This document shows, piece after piece, positions 20,501-27,478 of a stretch of DNA of 64,000 bases (positions within the stretch are counted from its first letter, which is position 1; each line of letters opens with the position of its first letter). The DNA lies in IMG/VR virus record IMGVR_UViG_3300048576_000363, positions 62,001 to 126,000 of that record. One strand, 5' to 3'. A program made the position numbers and the translations under genes. The stretch comes from an uncultured virus (IMG/VR IMGVR_UViG_3300048576_000363) (lineage: Duplodnaviria; Heunggongvirae; Uroviricota; Caudoviricetes). The notes beneath the pieces are model-generated. The model was given only the letters and a program-made list of their open reading frames with translations, had not been told where the DNA came from and made no database searches.

Positions 20501-21908
20501 TGTGTGAATGTTGCTCTTGTTCATACATTTCTATTATTCTACCTGATGTCATTATTCTGCCCATATACTCGACTGCAACAAAGACACCGTTCCCGTAACA
20601 TACTGATGTCCAGTAACCTTGTAAAAGTTGTGTTTTTAATGTCCAAGTAACACCATCATTTGAAATCATCACAACATAATCTTCATCAGTAAATGCTACG
20701 ACAACAAACATCCCATTACCATAACACACAGTTTGCCAACCTGCAATAAAAGATGATGTAAGTGGAGTTATAGCTGTCCATGTAATACCATCAGAAGAAT
20801 ACATAAATGAATTACTATAAGTATTGTTTGCTACAGCAACAAAAACACCATTTCCATAACACACAGAAGACCAAGCATTATTATTAGGACTTGTTCTAAT
20901 TGTCCAAGTGACACCATCAGGAGATGTCATTATTCTATTATTTGTCCCTGACCTTGCAACTGCAACAAACAAGCCATTTCCATAACACACACATTGCCAA
21001 TCATTGTCAGCTGCACTAGCTCTAATTGTCCAGTTGATACCATCAGGAGATGTCATCACACGATTTCCAGTTCCACTCCATGCAACAGCAACAAATAATC
21101 CATTACCATAACAAATTCCAAGCCAATTATTATTTGCTGGTGCTATTCTAGTGGTCCAATTGATACCATCAGGTGATGTCATTATTCTATCGCCAGTTCC
21201 ACTCCATGCAACAGCAACAAATAGACCATTACCAAAACACACACAAGTCCAAGATTGATCTGATGGTGTAGATCTATACGTCCAATTAACACCATCAGGG
21301 GATGTCATTACAGAAGTATTTGTTTCACTAGCAGATAATGCTACGAAAGTGCCATTCCCATAACAAACACTCATCATCATCTCATTATAAGTGCTTGATG
21401 ATATTGACCAAGATTCTCCAGCTGCAGGTTGAACAATACCTGATTTTCCTGTAGCTCCTATATATCGGTAACCAGTTATTTTAAAAGGTTTAGCAAAAGC
21501 AGATGTAGAACCGTTAAAAGTTAATATACCAGTTTGATAATCAAAAATCCAAGATGATGCGTCTGTAGGGAATATCTCTGTGTTATTATTTTGAAAAAGT
21601 CTTATTTTATATGCTGTACCATATTTATCGCTTATCCAGTTTTTAAGACGAACACCACCGCTATAAGCATAATAACATTGTTGATTTGCAACAGAAGTGT
21701 CTTCAGTTAAAGTAAAAAGCGTATAATCTTGAGCTACATTCATTTTTGTAGCTTCAAAGGGAGTAGGGTCAATATTATCTGTCCACACTTCATTAATATT
21801 AATGTTTACAGTATTATCACCAATCTCTTCATAAAACCCTTTAGTGCTACTTGTTGTTCTTTTATTAATCAACGTCTTAAAAGATCGATCTTCTTTTGAC
21901 CAAGCCAC
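8568..21908 (-). CDS. Giant fibre/adhesin-like virion protein (4446 aa): 4 beta-propellers, collagen-like shaft, 5 beta-propellers
   Basis: About 41-aa Asp-box/BNR-like repeats (W..VCYGNGLFVAV..RVMTSPDGITW) in groups of 7; long G-X-T/G-X-Q collagen; HxH-containing linkers. Confidence 0.85.
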   Translation of the reverse strand: MAWSKEDRSFKTLINKRTTSSTKGFYEEIGDNTVNININEVWTDNIDPTPFEATKMNVAQDYTLFTLTEDTSVANQQCYYAYSGGVRLKNWISDKYGTAYKIRLFQNNNTEIFPTDASSWIFDYQTGILTFNGSTSAFAKPFKITGYRYIGATGKSGIVQPAAGESWSISSSTYNEMMMSVCYGNGTFVALSASETNTSVMTSPDGVNWTYRSTPSDQSWTCVCFGNGLFVAVAWSGTGDRIMTSPDGINWTTRIAPANNNWLGICYGNGLFVAVAWSGTGNRVMTSPDGINWTIRASAADNDWQCVCYGNGLFVAVARSGTNNRIMTSPDGVTWTIRTSPNNNAWSSVCYGNGVFVAVANNTYSNSFMYSSDGITWTAITPLTSSFIAGWQTVCYGNGMFVVVAFTDEDYVVMISNDGVTWTLKTQLLQGYWTSVCYGNGVFVAVEYMGRIMTSGRIIEMYEQEQHSHRFINNEVTITNDLYVSGVSTNAGVTWTKRSAASNNAWFGVCYGNGLFVSVSVSGSNNQVMTSPDGINWTSRTPAIDTAWIAVCYGNGLFVAVSPGSVMTSPDGITWTSRVPASSNGWVSVCYGNGLFVAVAQTGTNNRVMTSPDGITWTSRTSAADNSWWGLCYGNGLFVAVSAEGSVMTSPDGITWTSRTPASPNQWLSVCYAKGLFVAVSATGTNNSVMTSPDGITWTSRYTPVDNYWTCVCYGKGLFVAVAQLSSGGKCDGVMTSPDGITWTIRYLREYNTWRSVCYGNGLFVAVASSGAYSPVMTSGDLEEAYEQEKHTHKFVNNDVKMFGNLEVAGVDIISGINWESKTSAADNNWSSVCYGKDLFVAVATSGSLNRIMTSHDGCTWYTRNNILDNNYIAVCYGDGLYVALANTGATNRVITSSDGVTWYVKNATNNNNWSSVCYGNGLFVAVASGNGSNNRVMTSPDGNNWSARVSAANNSWTSICYGDGLFVAVSNSGTGNRVMTSPDGFTWTIRTSAIDNNWTSVCYGNGLFVAVADTGTNNRVMTSPDGITWTSRTSALNNNWKSVCYGNGLFIAISNTGTNDRVMTSSDGIVWSIKTSATNDWSSICYGNGSFIAVANSGTGNRVMSSGFSIDKSNSSINQYNGLHYFTDSVDLNTQESSSPGSVIVKEEGSNILKSVPASYFGISADTTIGTTWTTRTPNQLLSLVRCCYGNGMFVALASSGNVLLTSPDGVNWTSRNITGDDFWGGICYGNGLFVAVSTNGVNDRVLTSSDGINWTRRAASDNTLGWVTVSYGNGIFVAAAYDTPGNRFMTSHDGVSWTSLIPPVDNSPSTSCFGNNTFVIVCVDGRVFLSSSGTSWTTVAPPVPSLSIFGVCYGNGKFVMAGGVQIGSDPSLLTSSDGVNWSVQTVPFTQPITSISYGEGIFVATAAYQTSTKKIMTSTDGITWTERTTPDLSIYSNCSGNGVFIATTTEGYILTSGRQKANITTLDNQLNGGLTVTGDLFLEGNLAITGNITGLGNLQGITGAQGATGLAGVGQTGLQGVTGVSGNNGDTGIQGETGLQGEAGTQGATGLEGQQGETGAQGTTGLSGVGATGLQGVTGLQGSNGDTGIQGVTGLEGTAGVQGETGLQGNTGLQGTTGFDGLQGSTGSQGQTGLQGQTGLQGTIGNQGITGLQGSTGSQGFTGLNGQQGTTGLSGSQGVQGLTGAQGNTGLQGITGLNGPQGATGSQGNTGIQGSTGYQGEQGVTGLRGTTGLQGQTGIGSQGEIGDQGSTGLQGLTGLSGSQGTTGQQGQTGTQGQTGLIGNQGTTGLEGVQGHTGSQGLTGLNGLQGSTGVSGGQGQTGLRGITGIQGETGQGLQGFTGLNGATGIQGNTGSQGLQGVTGLQGLQGDTGINGVQGTTGVEGTQGITGVDGVQGSTGLQGSQGNTGIQGVTGTQGLDGVSASCALYRFANNTSDSDPGSGNFKLNSSDLSLVTAAFVDNLNDSAVDISSFLLFLGKAGSYIYIQDEKDASRIASYSINADAEDATGYVRFPSLTYINHSNSFSDNSKTNFCLAVKGTQGVTGFQGFTGLQGENGTQGVTGIQGNTGVSGSQGSTGTIGTSGVTGLQGETGAQGLQGSTGLGLQGETGLSGLNGNQGVTGSQGVTGLLGNQGETGTQGQTGLNGLQGEQGSTGSQGLTGLNGLDGTQGVTGVQGLQGDQGATGLEGAQGEQGSTGIQGTTGLVGTQGSTGLQGTQGSTGLDGLQGTTGIQGLTGLQGQTGTIGLQGITGLEGIQGNTGLNGTQGVTGQNGTQGVTGSNGLQGITGLDGIQGQTGLAGAQGNQGTTGLEGVQGSTGLNGLDGNQGIQGETGQQGATGLNGLQGATGAEGNQGSTGIGIQGFTGLDGNQGITGLQGLTGLNGTQGETGLIGIQGTTGQNGIQGNTGLEGPQGIQGDTGLQGLTGLNGNQGTTGLNGIQGTTGAQGLQGSTGLQGITGLEGQQGITGIEGLQGATGAQGTAGSQGLTGLEGLQGVTGVQGTTGLAGEQGFTGLEGSQGQTGTQGVTGSQGLQGSTGLNGSQGVTGSQGTTGYGIQGQTGIQGITGLNGTQGITGIQGVTGIQGTGTQGITGLRGFTGFQGVTGPTGGQQGVTGLQGTTGSQGITGLSITGQTGVQGITGEQGFTGLAITGETGLQGITGLRGTTGIQGVTGPFGGPQGATGLRGSTGVQGVTGQGITGPQGFTGLFGITGVRGFTGLQGTTGPSGGPQGATGLQGVTGPSGGQQGATGVGNVIAGYDWVSRTTPTNNFYGLCYGNGLFVATSNSGTGNRVMTSPDGVNWTSRTSAADNSWGSVCYGNGLFVSVASTSSPPNKAMTSPDGINWTARATPTDNNWYKVCYGNGLFVAVAASGTGNRVMTSPDGITWTIGTTPADYPWVSVCYGNGLFVAVANGTGVPNRVMTSPDGITWTLRTTPVDNAWIDVCYGNGLFVSVANSGTGNRVMTSPNGIDWTIRTSPVDNQWLGVCYGNGLFVSVAQTGSGNRVMISSDGINWTTRTTTVANNWYAVCYGNGMFVAVSFSGTNDKVMTSGFIEEIDEQYDHTHNFINNDLNVRGSLNVSDLEVVPGIEWTLRDSSVDADWSKVCYGNGLFVAVAYQGTGTNNRIMTSPDGVNWTTRYNPVDIGWYAVCYGNGLFVAVSYTGTGNQVMTSPDGITWTNRTSAASNQWYNICYGNGLFVAVAISGTGNRVMTSPDGIVWTTRTSAANNSWAGLCYGNGLFVAVAATGTNNRVMTSSDGITWTIQTTLVDNNWQAVCYGKGLFVAVASSGTNNRIMTSPDGINWTVRTTPIDVAFYSICYGDGMFVAVAYSGTGSRVMTSPDGINWTSRITAADLLWYGACYGNGMFVAVAGSGTTGRVMTSGFVKQIDVEDNHSHSIFNNDVDIEGDLVVSGKNVTLSGTGWTSRTTPVDNSWYGVCYGNGLFVATSITGTGNRVMTSPDGANWTSRTSAADNNWYKVCYGNGLFVAVSNSGTGNRVMTSPDGIVWTSRSSAADNYWFSVCHGNGLFVAVSYTGTLNRVMTSPNGIDWTLRTTPVDNSWVGVCYGNGLFVAVSETGTNNRVMTSPDGINWTIQTTPVDNSWISVCYGDGLFVAVSYSGTSNRVMTSPNGVDWTIRTTPVDNNWYNVCYGEGLFVAIAYSGVGNRVMTSPDGITWTIRRSAVDNGWVNVCYGNGCFVAVSYTGTGNRAMTSGAVKTIDEQNKHSHKLINNDLDITGSLTVSNIDMMPGIKWTTRASIVDNQWLGVCYGNGIFVAVASVDGLDNRILTSSDGVNWTIRTNPVNNEWISVCYGNGLFVAVSYTGTGNRVMTSPDGITWTSRTSAANNDWTSICYGEGLFVAVAYSGTGNRVMTSPDGITWTLRTSAANNDWFAVCYGNGLFVATSITGTNSRVMTSPDGITWTIRTSAADNNWRGLCYGNGLFVAVSTSGVKNRVMTSPDGITWTSRVSAADNSWASVCYGKGMYVAVAYSGTGNRVMTSPDGITWSLRTSAANNNWRGVCYGRGMFVAVAYSGTGDRVMTSGAMDVLEEQTNHNHDLMIGSQNIVGTQTVSGLQNITGIQTITGTQNITGSMNFSGLKVNPAHDWVTRTSAADNLWYGVCYGNGLFVAVASSSTSNRVMTSSDGVNWTIRTSAADNNWYDVCYGNGVFVAVAHSGASNRTMISYDGISWSLVTPAAANQWDGVCYGNGLFVAVSSNGTGNRVMTSPDGITWTSRTNPVDNNWYKVCYGNGLFVAVALTGTGNRVMTSPDGITWTIQTSAADNDWYDICYGNGLFVAIAYNGTDRVMTSPDGITWTSRSAAVNNQWVSVCYGNGLFVAVSNSGTSNRVMTSPDGITWTSKTSVIDNSWASICYENGIFVAVGYSGTNTRVMTSGYLKTLDTQNNHTHNIINNTLTIRGNMFLSGIKTGTSQANAGAVAGEVWLNTSDQSLRVGV
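13665..17430 (-). repeat. Collagen-like Gly-X-Y repeat region of the giant fibre, interrupted by a ~115-aa globular domain (~15795-16145)
   Basis: Continuous GxTGxQ triplets in the translation; 9/18-nt periodicity in the DNA. Boundaries approximate. Confidence 0.9.
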
Positions 21909-21926
21909 TTTATATCTCCTTAAAAA

Positions 21927-23771
21927 TTATGTTCCAGACACTTGCATTCTTGAAGCTTTACCCGTAGATGTATTTCTCAATGTAACTCTCATAAAAACAA
22001 CGCCACTAGAATTAGTAGATGTCATAGTTCCAAAAGACATATTCAAAGTGCTTCCAGAAGATGAACCTAATCTACATCCATTACCATCACCAAAAGCTCT
22101 ACCTGCATCTAACCAATTACTTTCGCCTGGCAATCTTACTTCAAAATTAAGACTACCAGAACCAACTGCTGATATTGCTGTATAAAGTATACCAGTAAAA
22201 ACGATACTCATACTTGAGTGTGCTACTCCAATGTTAGCAGCCCAAACACCTACTTGATTACCACTGAAAGTACTGTAATTGTTTCCTGATTGAGCAGGCA
22301 AATATCCTGAAGTAAAGTTAATATTTGGATAATCCCATACTGAATTATAAAGCATAAGATTTCCGTTCGAAAGCGCCAATGAACTGTTCCAATTACCTGT
22401 AGGATTACTATAATTCACTGGAATAACTGAAAAGTCTGTAGAAAGCAACCATCTGTAATTTTCATCAAACATATAGATATTTCCATTAGTACTATATGTA
22501 GACGAATAAGTGTTAATCAATCTATTTTCTGTACTTGATGTCGATGTTGCAGTTTTTGTCGATGGTTTTCTAGCAGTCACACTAAGTGTTGCATTTATAC
22601 TATAAACATTACTTACTGATATTGCAACACCAGATACGCTCAAATTAAAAGCTGCATTATATGCAAATGAACTACCATCTATAGGTACATCTACAGAAGA
22701 TATTCCTGACATAACATAAGAAACTGGATTTGTAGGTCTTATAGCTTTATTAGCTAAATTTGTTATAGTACATGAAACGTTAAAAGTATCACCATTTGAA
22801 TAATATCTTATTCCTGATAAATATCTTGTACTTGATAAAGTGTTTTGAACTACAGTAGCACCTGTAGAAAAAACTGGTGTAGGATCTTGGTCGTCATACC
22901 ATACTTTTGTTATTGATGTTACTTGATTGACGCTCGTTGAAAGATATCTCATTGTATGATATTTGTAACCTTCTGTTACTTGATTGTAATTTATTCGAGC
23001 ATTTGCTTTTCGCCAAATTGTATTGTAAGTAGCAACAGATAAAATTTCAATTGTATTTGTGACTCCAACACCAAGCGTAACATCTCTACTTGATAATAAC
23101 ACGCCATCTTCAAAATGTTGTACCGCTCCTTCATCACCACTAAATGTAGAACCAACTTTAAAGTCAGTAGACGTGTTAGGACTAGATAAATTATATGTTC
23201 CATCAATAACATAGTCAGTTATAGAATCACCTGCAACTTTTCCATCTTGATACCATGAAGATGCTAATCCTGTAGGTAATATTGCATTGAATTTTGTTGT
23301 GTTAGATAATACAAGTGAGCCAGATAAAGCATTAGGTGGTGCAGGAGATATAGCTAACAACAATTTGTTTGTATCATCAAGAGCATTTGCTGTTATTGTT
23401 TCTGATTCCCATGCAAAGATACCACCTGTATAACCTACACCTAAAGGCAAATCATTAGCAGAACTTACACCAGCAGCTCCTGTTACACCTTGTATTCCTG
23501 TATATCCAAAACCAGCTTGGCCTGTTATGCCTTGCAATCCTGTTGTACCCTGTAGCCCAGTTTCGCCTTGGATACCTGTACTACCTTGATTACCTATAAA
23601 GCCCTGCAACCCAGTGGCTCCTGAGGCACCCGTCTGTCCCGAGAGACCTGTTATGCCTTGAAGACCGTTTAAACCTGTAGCTCCTTGAATGCCTTCTAAG
23701 CCTGTTATACCCTGTAGACCAGTTGCACCATTACCAGAGCCACCAAAATTTGTTCTTAAAAAACGTGACAT
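21927..23771 (-). CDS. Fibre-associated protein with short N-terminal collagen and a beta-rich C-terminal domain
   Basis: About 30 GxT/GxQ triplets, then S/T/N-rich beta sequence; directly upstream of the giant fibre. Confidence 0.7.
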   Translation of the reverse strand: MSRFLRTNFGGSGNGATGLQGITGLEGIQGATGLNGLQGITGLSGQTGASGATGLQGFIGNQGSTGIQGETGLQGTTGLQGITGQAGFGYTGIQGVTGAAGVSSANDLPLGVGYTGGIFAWESETITANALDDTNKLLLAISPAPPNALSGSLVLSNTTKFNAILPTGLASSWYQDGKVAGDSITDYVIDGTYNLSSPNTSTDFKVGSTFSGDEGAVQHFEDGVLLSSRDVTLGVGVTNTIEILSVATYNTIWRKANARINYNQVTEGYKYHTMRYLSTSVNQVTSITKVWYDDQDPTPVFSTGATVVQNTLSSTRYLSGIRYYSNGDTFNVSCTITNLANKAIRPTNPVSYVMSGISSVDVPIDGSSFAYNAAFNLSVSGVAISVSNVYSINATLSVTARKPSTKTATSTSSTENRLINTYSSTYSTNGNIYMFDENYRWLLSTDFSVIPVNYSNPTGNWNSSLALSNGNLMLYNSVWDYPNINFTSGYLPAQSGNNYSTFSGNQVGVWAANIGVAHSSMSIVFTGILYTAISAVGSGSLNFEVRLPGESNWLDAGRAFGDGNGCRLGSSSGSTLNMSFGTMTSTNSSGVVFMRVTLRNTSTGKASRMQVSGT

Positions 23772-24100
23772 TATTCAGCCTCAAGGTTAAAATGGCCAAT
23801 AATTCTTACATCAGTTGAAGTCTCACTACTTATAAGAGAGATGCCTATATCTTGTTTTATTTTTCTATCAGCAGCATAGTATTGTTTAGGATATATCGGG
23901 ATTCCAGTAGAAAGTGTTGCAGTACCACCTGATATATTTAAAAAAACTGTTGCTGTTTCTGAGTTATTTGCAATTTCAATTCCCATAACATCTTGTGAAA
24001 ATTTAATAGTACTACTAGACATATTTATTAAACTTGACATATCTTCTGAGTCTGTGGGTTCATCTTGTCTAACAGGCATTGAACGATTGAATTCTGACAT
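23771..24100 (-). CDS. Small beta-sandwich structural protein (hypothetical)
   Basis: AGGAG SD; IEIANNS..VFLNI..GIPIYP pattern; stop overlaps the next start. Confidence 0.6.
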   Translation of the reverse strand: MSEFNRSMPVRQDEPTDSEDMSSLINMSSSTIKFSQDVMGIEIANNSETATVFLNISGGTATLSTGIPIYPKQYYAADRKIKQDIGISLISSETSTDVRIIGHFNLEAE

Positions 24101-24109
24101 ATCTTCTCC

Positions 24110-24751
24110 TTAAACTCTAGTACCTTTGTCTTCAAAATGTTTTTTCATCATGTACATAATAGCAAGAATTGCTGCATCATTTTTATTTTTTAAAGAATTC
24201 CAGATTCTATCAACAGTTATTCCCGGTACCATTATATCTGACATTTGTTTTGAGTCTTTTATTTGTTCAGACAAAAGTTCGATTAATGCTTCTAAACGAA
24301 CACTAACATTTTCAATCGATTGATTTGTTTCTTTATTTTTCTTGTTTAAGATTGCAATACTACTTCTAAAAGTATTCTGTGTTTCAACATCTTGCAACTC
24401 TTTTTTCTCATTTTCTGTTTCAAAATCTTTATGAAAGTCAACAATTTGATTCACGATTTTTTGAAGATCTTGCTTTTCTTTTTTTAATATTTCGACTTTT
24501 TCAACTAGTGATTCAATTATTTTTTGATTTTGCTTTTGTGCTATTTCAAGTCCATCGCAAGAAGTTTTTATTTTTGATATCACATCACCAGAAAGATAAG
24601 CTTCAGAAATTAGTTTTTTATCGACACCAAGTTTTTCCAAAGTCAACAAATCATTCGAAAATATTATGCCTTGAACTTGATCATAACAAAAGTTCAAAGA
24701 ACGTTTAAAATAATTAACTTTAAACTTTGTTCCAACGTTACACGAAAACAT
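24110..24751 (-). CDS. Hypothetical coiled-coil protein
   Basis: AGGAG SD; heptad-rich central region. Confidence 0.65.
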   Translation of the reverse strand: MFSCNVGTKFKVNYFKRSLNFCYDQVQGIIFSNDLLTLEKLGVDKKLISEAYLSGDVISKIKTSCDGLEIAQKQNQKIIESLVEKVEILKKEKQDLQKIVNQIVDFHKDFETENEKKELQDVETQNTFRSSIAILNKKNKETNQSIENVSVRLEALIELLSEQIKDSKQMSDIMVPGITVDRIWNSLKNKNDAAILAIMYMMKKHFEDKGTRV

Positions 24752-24773
24752 TTTTAATCTCCTTTAATTAATC

Positions 24774-25661
24774 TTAATATGTAAAACCAAACATACTTGT
24801 TTCATATGATTGGTTTACTTTTTCATTATGTTTTACTGTAACTGTTACAGTAGATGCTGCTGAACATTGAATTGATTTATCACTAAAATCAAAAACAACA
24901 TTTCTATTATTCCAACTATTTCTTAAAGCACTTATTGTCGTACCATTTATTTTCAATTTAAACAATGCATCAGCTGTTCCTGTACATAAAATTTTCTCAA
25001 TAAAAAATGAACCTGCGTTCGTATAAGTGTAAACAATAGTTTCTGTAGTTGGAACGTTAGAAGCTTCTTCATAACTTCTAAAACGACTAATCGATGTTGG
25101 ATCTTGTTTTACAACAAGTCTTCTGTCGTTATCAACAAGCAAATATTGTAATGTAGTGTTGTCAGCTAAAGCAGCTATTTTTACATTCTCAAGTGTTATG
25201 TCACCGATTTCAACATTTGCATCAACAGAAAGTTTACCATCAGGAGTTAAAAGAAATTTTTCCCAACGTTGATTTTGTTCAACCCAACCATAATTGTGGG
25301 TGTTTGCTTCTTCAGCTTCACCTTCATGATGTGGATCAACAGTTGGTGGATAAACTGTAGCAAATGGAGAAAGGTTAATATTGCTTTCAACACTTGATGC
25401 ATCTACAGCAGTGAGTTTGAAATAATATCTTGAATTAAGAGGAATTGGGACGTCAACATCTTTTACAAGAGCACAAACTTTCCCCTTGTAAGTTTTATCT
25501 ATAACATTTTGAATGCCTGATTTAAAAAGAGAATAAACACCTGCAGGAGTAGCTGAACTATAAAGATTATATGTCTTTGCTTCAGACTTGCTTAGAGGTA
25601 TCCAACCAAAAAATATGTCACCATTACGACGATACAACACTTGTAACTGTGGTACTGACAT
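24774..25661 (-). CDS. FN3/Ig-like virion protein
   Basis: YNLYSS..YYFKLTAVD..VES (FN3-like); paralogous to 25783-26205. Confidence 0.55.
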   Translation of the reverse strand: MSVPQLQVLYRRNGDIFFGWIPLSKSEAKTYNLYSSATPAGVYSLFKSGIQNVIDKTYKGKVCALVKDVDVPIPLNSRYYFKLTAVDASSVESNINLSPFATVYPPTVDPHHEGEAEEANTHNYGWVEQNQRWEKFLLTPDGKLSVDANVEIGDITLENVKIAALADNTTLQYLLVDNDRRLVVKQDPTSISRFRSYEEASNVPTTETIVYTYTNAGSFFIEKILCTGTADALFKLKINGTTISALRNSWNNRNVVFDFSDKSIQCSAASTVTVTVKHNEKVNQSYETSMFGFTY

Positions 25662-25723
25662 TTAACTTCTCCTTCGGTAAACAAAAGCGTAAAGTTCGCT
25701 ATCTTTGTTAGTCCGAAGTTCTG

Positions 25724-25757
25724 AAAAAAAGGGTCAGATCATGTCCAACCCTTTTTT
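25724..25757 (-). terminator. Probable intrinsic terminator
   Basis: Minus strand AAAAAAGGGTTGGACATGATCTGACCCTTTTTTT: stem-loop plus U tract downstream of the 25783-26205 gene. Confidence 0.6.
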
Positions 25758-25782
25758 GTCAAAGAACTTTTTTCAAACAAAT

Positions 25783-26205
25783 TTACGGGCTGGTTATGAT
25801 ATTACCTACATCATCAACAGCAATTGGAATAAATTTTTGTAACTCTTTACTAAATCCATACATAACTGAATATTCTTTGGGCACAATCATTTCAGAGCGT
25901 GGCAGAATTACTAAAGGACCCTCTTGTGCACCTTCAATATCATTAACAACTGGAGCGAGTTTGACGTAATTTCTAGTTTCATTATTCCAATTTACTAAAC
26001 CATCTGTTATAAATTCGAAAACAACTTTACCTCTAGAAGCAGGAGCTATAGAAGGATTGTTTAATGTCGAACCTATAACAGTGTAACTTCCACCTTCAGT
26101 ATTTGAATAATACAAGTTGAAAGAATCGACACCTGCACGGTAATCTATAAACAGACGTACAATCTGTTTTAAACGATAAATTATTTGAACACCTTGAATT
26201 GCCAT
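25783..26205 (-). CDS. FN3/Ig-like virion protein, paralog of 24774-25661
   Basis: FNLYYS..SRGKVVF..NYVKLAPV aligns by eye with YNLYSS..YKGKVCA..YYFKLTAV. Confidence 0.55.
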   Translation of the reverse strand: MAIQGVQIIYRLKQIVRLFIDYRAGVDSFNLYYSNTEGGSYTVIGSTLNNPSIAPASRGKVVFEFITDGLVNWNNETRNYVKLAPVVNDIEGAQEGPLVILPRSEMIVPKEYSVMYGFSKELQKFIPIAVDDVGNIITSP

Positions 26206-26874
26206 TTATTTTTCCTGTGAAGTTGTTTCAACTTTCTTACGTCTTTTTGCTCTTTTTTCAATTTCTTGATTTATCTCGACTTTAGCTTCTTGCTTCTTTT
26301 CATCGAAATTAGGAGTAGATAGTTGTGAATTATCAGCACCCAAATCTTTTGCAAGATCAGCTACAACATCTTTTTTTTCAGCAACTACAACTACAGTTTC
26401 TTTCTCTTTAACTTGTACTGGACTTTTTAAAATTTCATCAGAACCTTTAGTTGTAATATCAGCCTGTCTTTCCCTCATTCGTCTCTCAGCTTCATTAAAA
26501 TTAGGAATTGAAGGCTTGTCTTCATCTTTCTGTTTTTGCATTGGAGACTTCCTAAAGTTTCTTGCAGTCTGTCTAGACTCTAAACTTTTATTCATCTCCT
26601 TTGCATCAACACATGCTTTACTTGGGAGAGCTTTTTTCATTGCAATAGAAACGATTTTTTTATCTTCACTACACGTTTGAGGTGTCGAAATATTTTGTGA
26701 TGCTTCTTCCTCTGTCACTTCTAACATCCATTTTGCTTTTAAACCAGCTTTAATAGATCTAGAAGTATCGCACACGTGAACATCGTAATAGAAATACTCG
26801 TCAGTTTGAATCTTTCTATTTTGATCAGTTAGTCTAAAGCCACCAAGTCTATTGCACTTGAAAAAACGATACAT
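26206..26874 (-). CDS. Hypothetical protein with charged low-complexity C-terminus
   Basis: GGGAG SD; abuts the next gene. Confidence 0.65.
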   Translation of the reverse strand: MYRFFKCNRLGGFRLTDQNRKIQTDEYFYYDVHVCDTSRSIKAGLKAKWMLEVTEEEASQNISTPQTCSEDKKIVSIAMKKALPSKACVDAKEMNKSLESRQTARNFRKSPMQKQKDEDKPSIPNFNEAERRMRERQADITTKGSDEILKSPVQVKEKETVVVVAEKKDVVADLAKDLGADNSQLSTPNFDEKKQEAKVEINQEIEKRAKRRKKVETTSQEK

Positions 26875-26924
26875 TTTAATCTCCCTTTAATCTTAATTTA
26901 ATTTTTTATGCTTTAAACAAGTAA

Positions 26925-27431
26925 TTAGCTCTTAGCAGCTCTACCAATTTCGTCTCTAGTATCATTAAAGCTACCAGGACCAATTGAAATCCATTCGTCA
27001 TCACCCATTGATGATGGTGCAAAAGCTGCAGGATCATCTTTGTTGGGATCATGTTCAATAGGATGTGATGCTTCTTTGCCATCAGGATCTAACCACTGTT
27101 CAGTTCCCATTTCCATAGCCATAGGATCTCCACTTGTATCGTCAGTGTCGTCATCAAGCATTTCATCGACGTTTTCCTGATATTCTTCTTCCATCTTTCC
27201 CAGAGCTTCAAGTTCTCTAGAAATTCTCATAAGCTTTTTTGCAATTCTTTTCTTTCTATTTGCAATTGTTGCAGCTCTTCCAACTGCGTCTCTCTGGTCA
27301 CTTCCCCAGTTGTTTGCAGGTGCAACTTCTTCTTCATGAGCTAAACCTTCTTGTGGTCCATCATAACCAATTGCTTCGCGGCATGCGCCAATTTCATCAA
27401 GATACGAAGCTGTTTTTTTAGTGTTCATCAT
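26925..27431 (-). CDS. Acidic putative internal head protein
   Basis: GGAGG SD; N-terminal KKTAS; internal repeat RDAVGRAA / RDEIGRAA. Confidence 0.6.
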   Translation of the reverse strand: MMNTKKTASYLDEIGACREAIGYDGPQEGLAHEEEVAPANNWGSDQRDAVGRAATIANRKKRIAKKLMRISRELEALGKMEEEYQENVDEMLDDDTDDTSGDPMAMEMGTEQWLDPDGKEASHPIEHDPNKDDPAAFAPSSMGDDEWISIGPGSFNDTRDEIGRAAKS

Positions 27432-27478
27432 ATTCCTCCTTAAGGGATTTTAACTTGTAAAATGTATATATAAAAGAC

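Noticed and set aside
8750..21410. Regularly spaced DNA repeats (e.g. GTCCAAGTAATACCATCAGGAGATGTCAT) as a CRISPR array
   Set aside because: They are codon-degenerate repeats of propeller blades within one open frame, with no unique spacers and no cas genes.
8568..21908. Diversity-generating retroelement targeting the fibre
   Set aside because: No reverse transcriptase and no non-coding template repeat with adenine-specific differences in this window.
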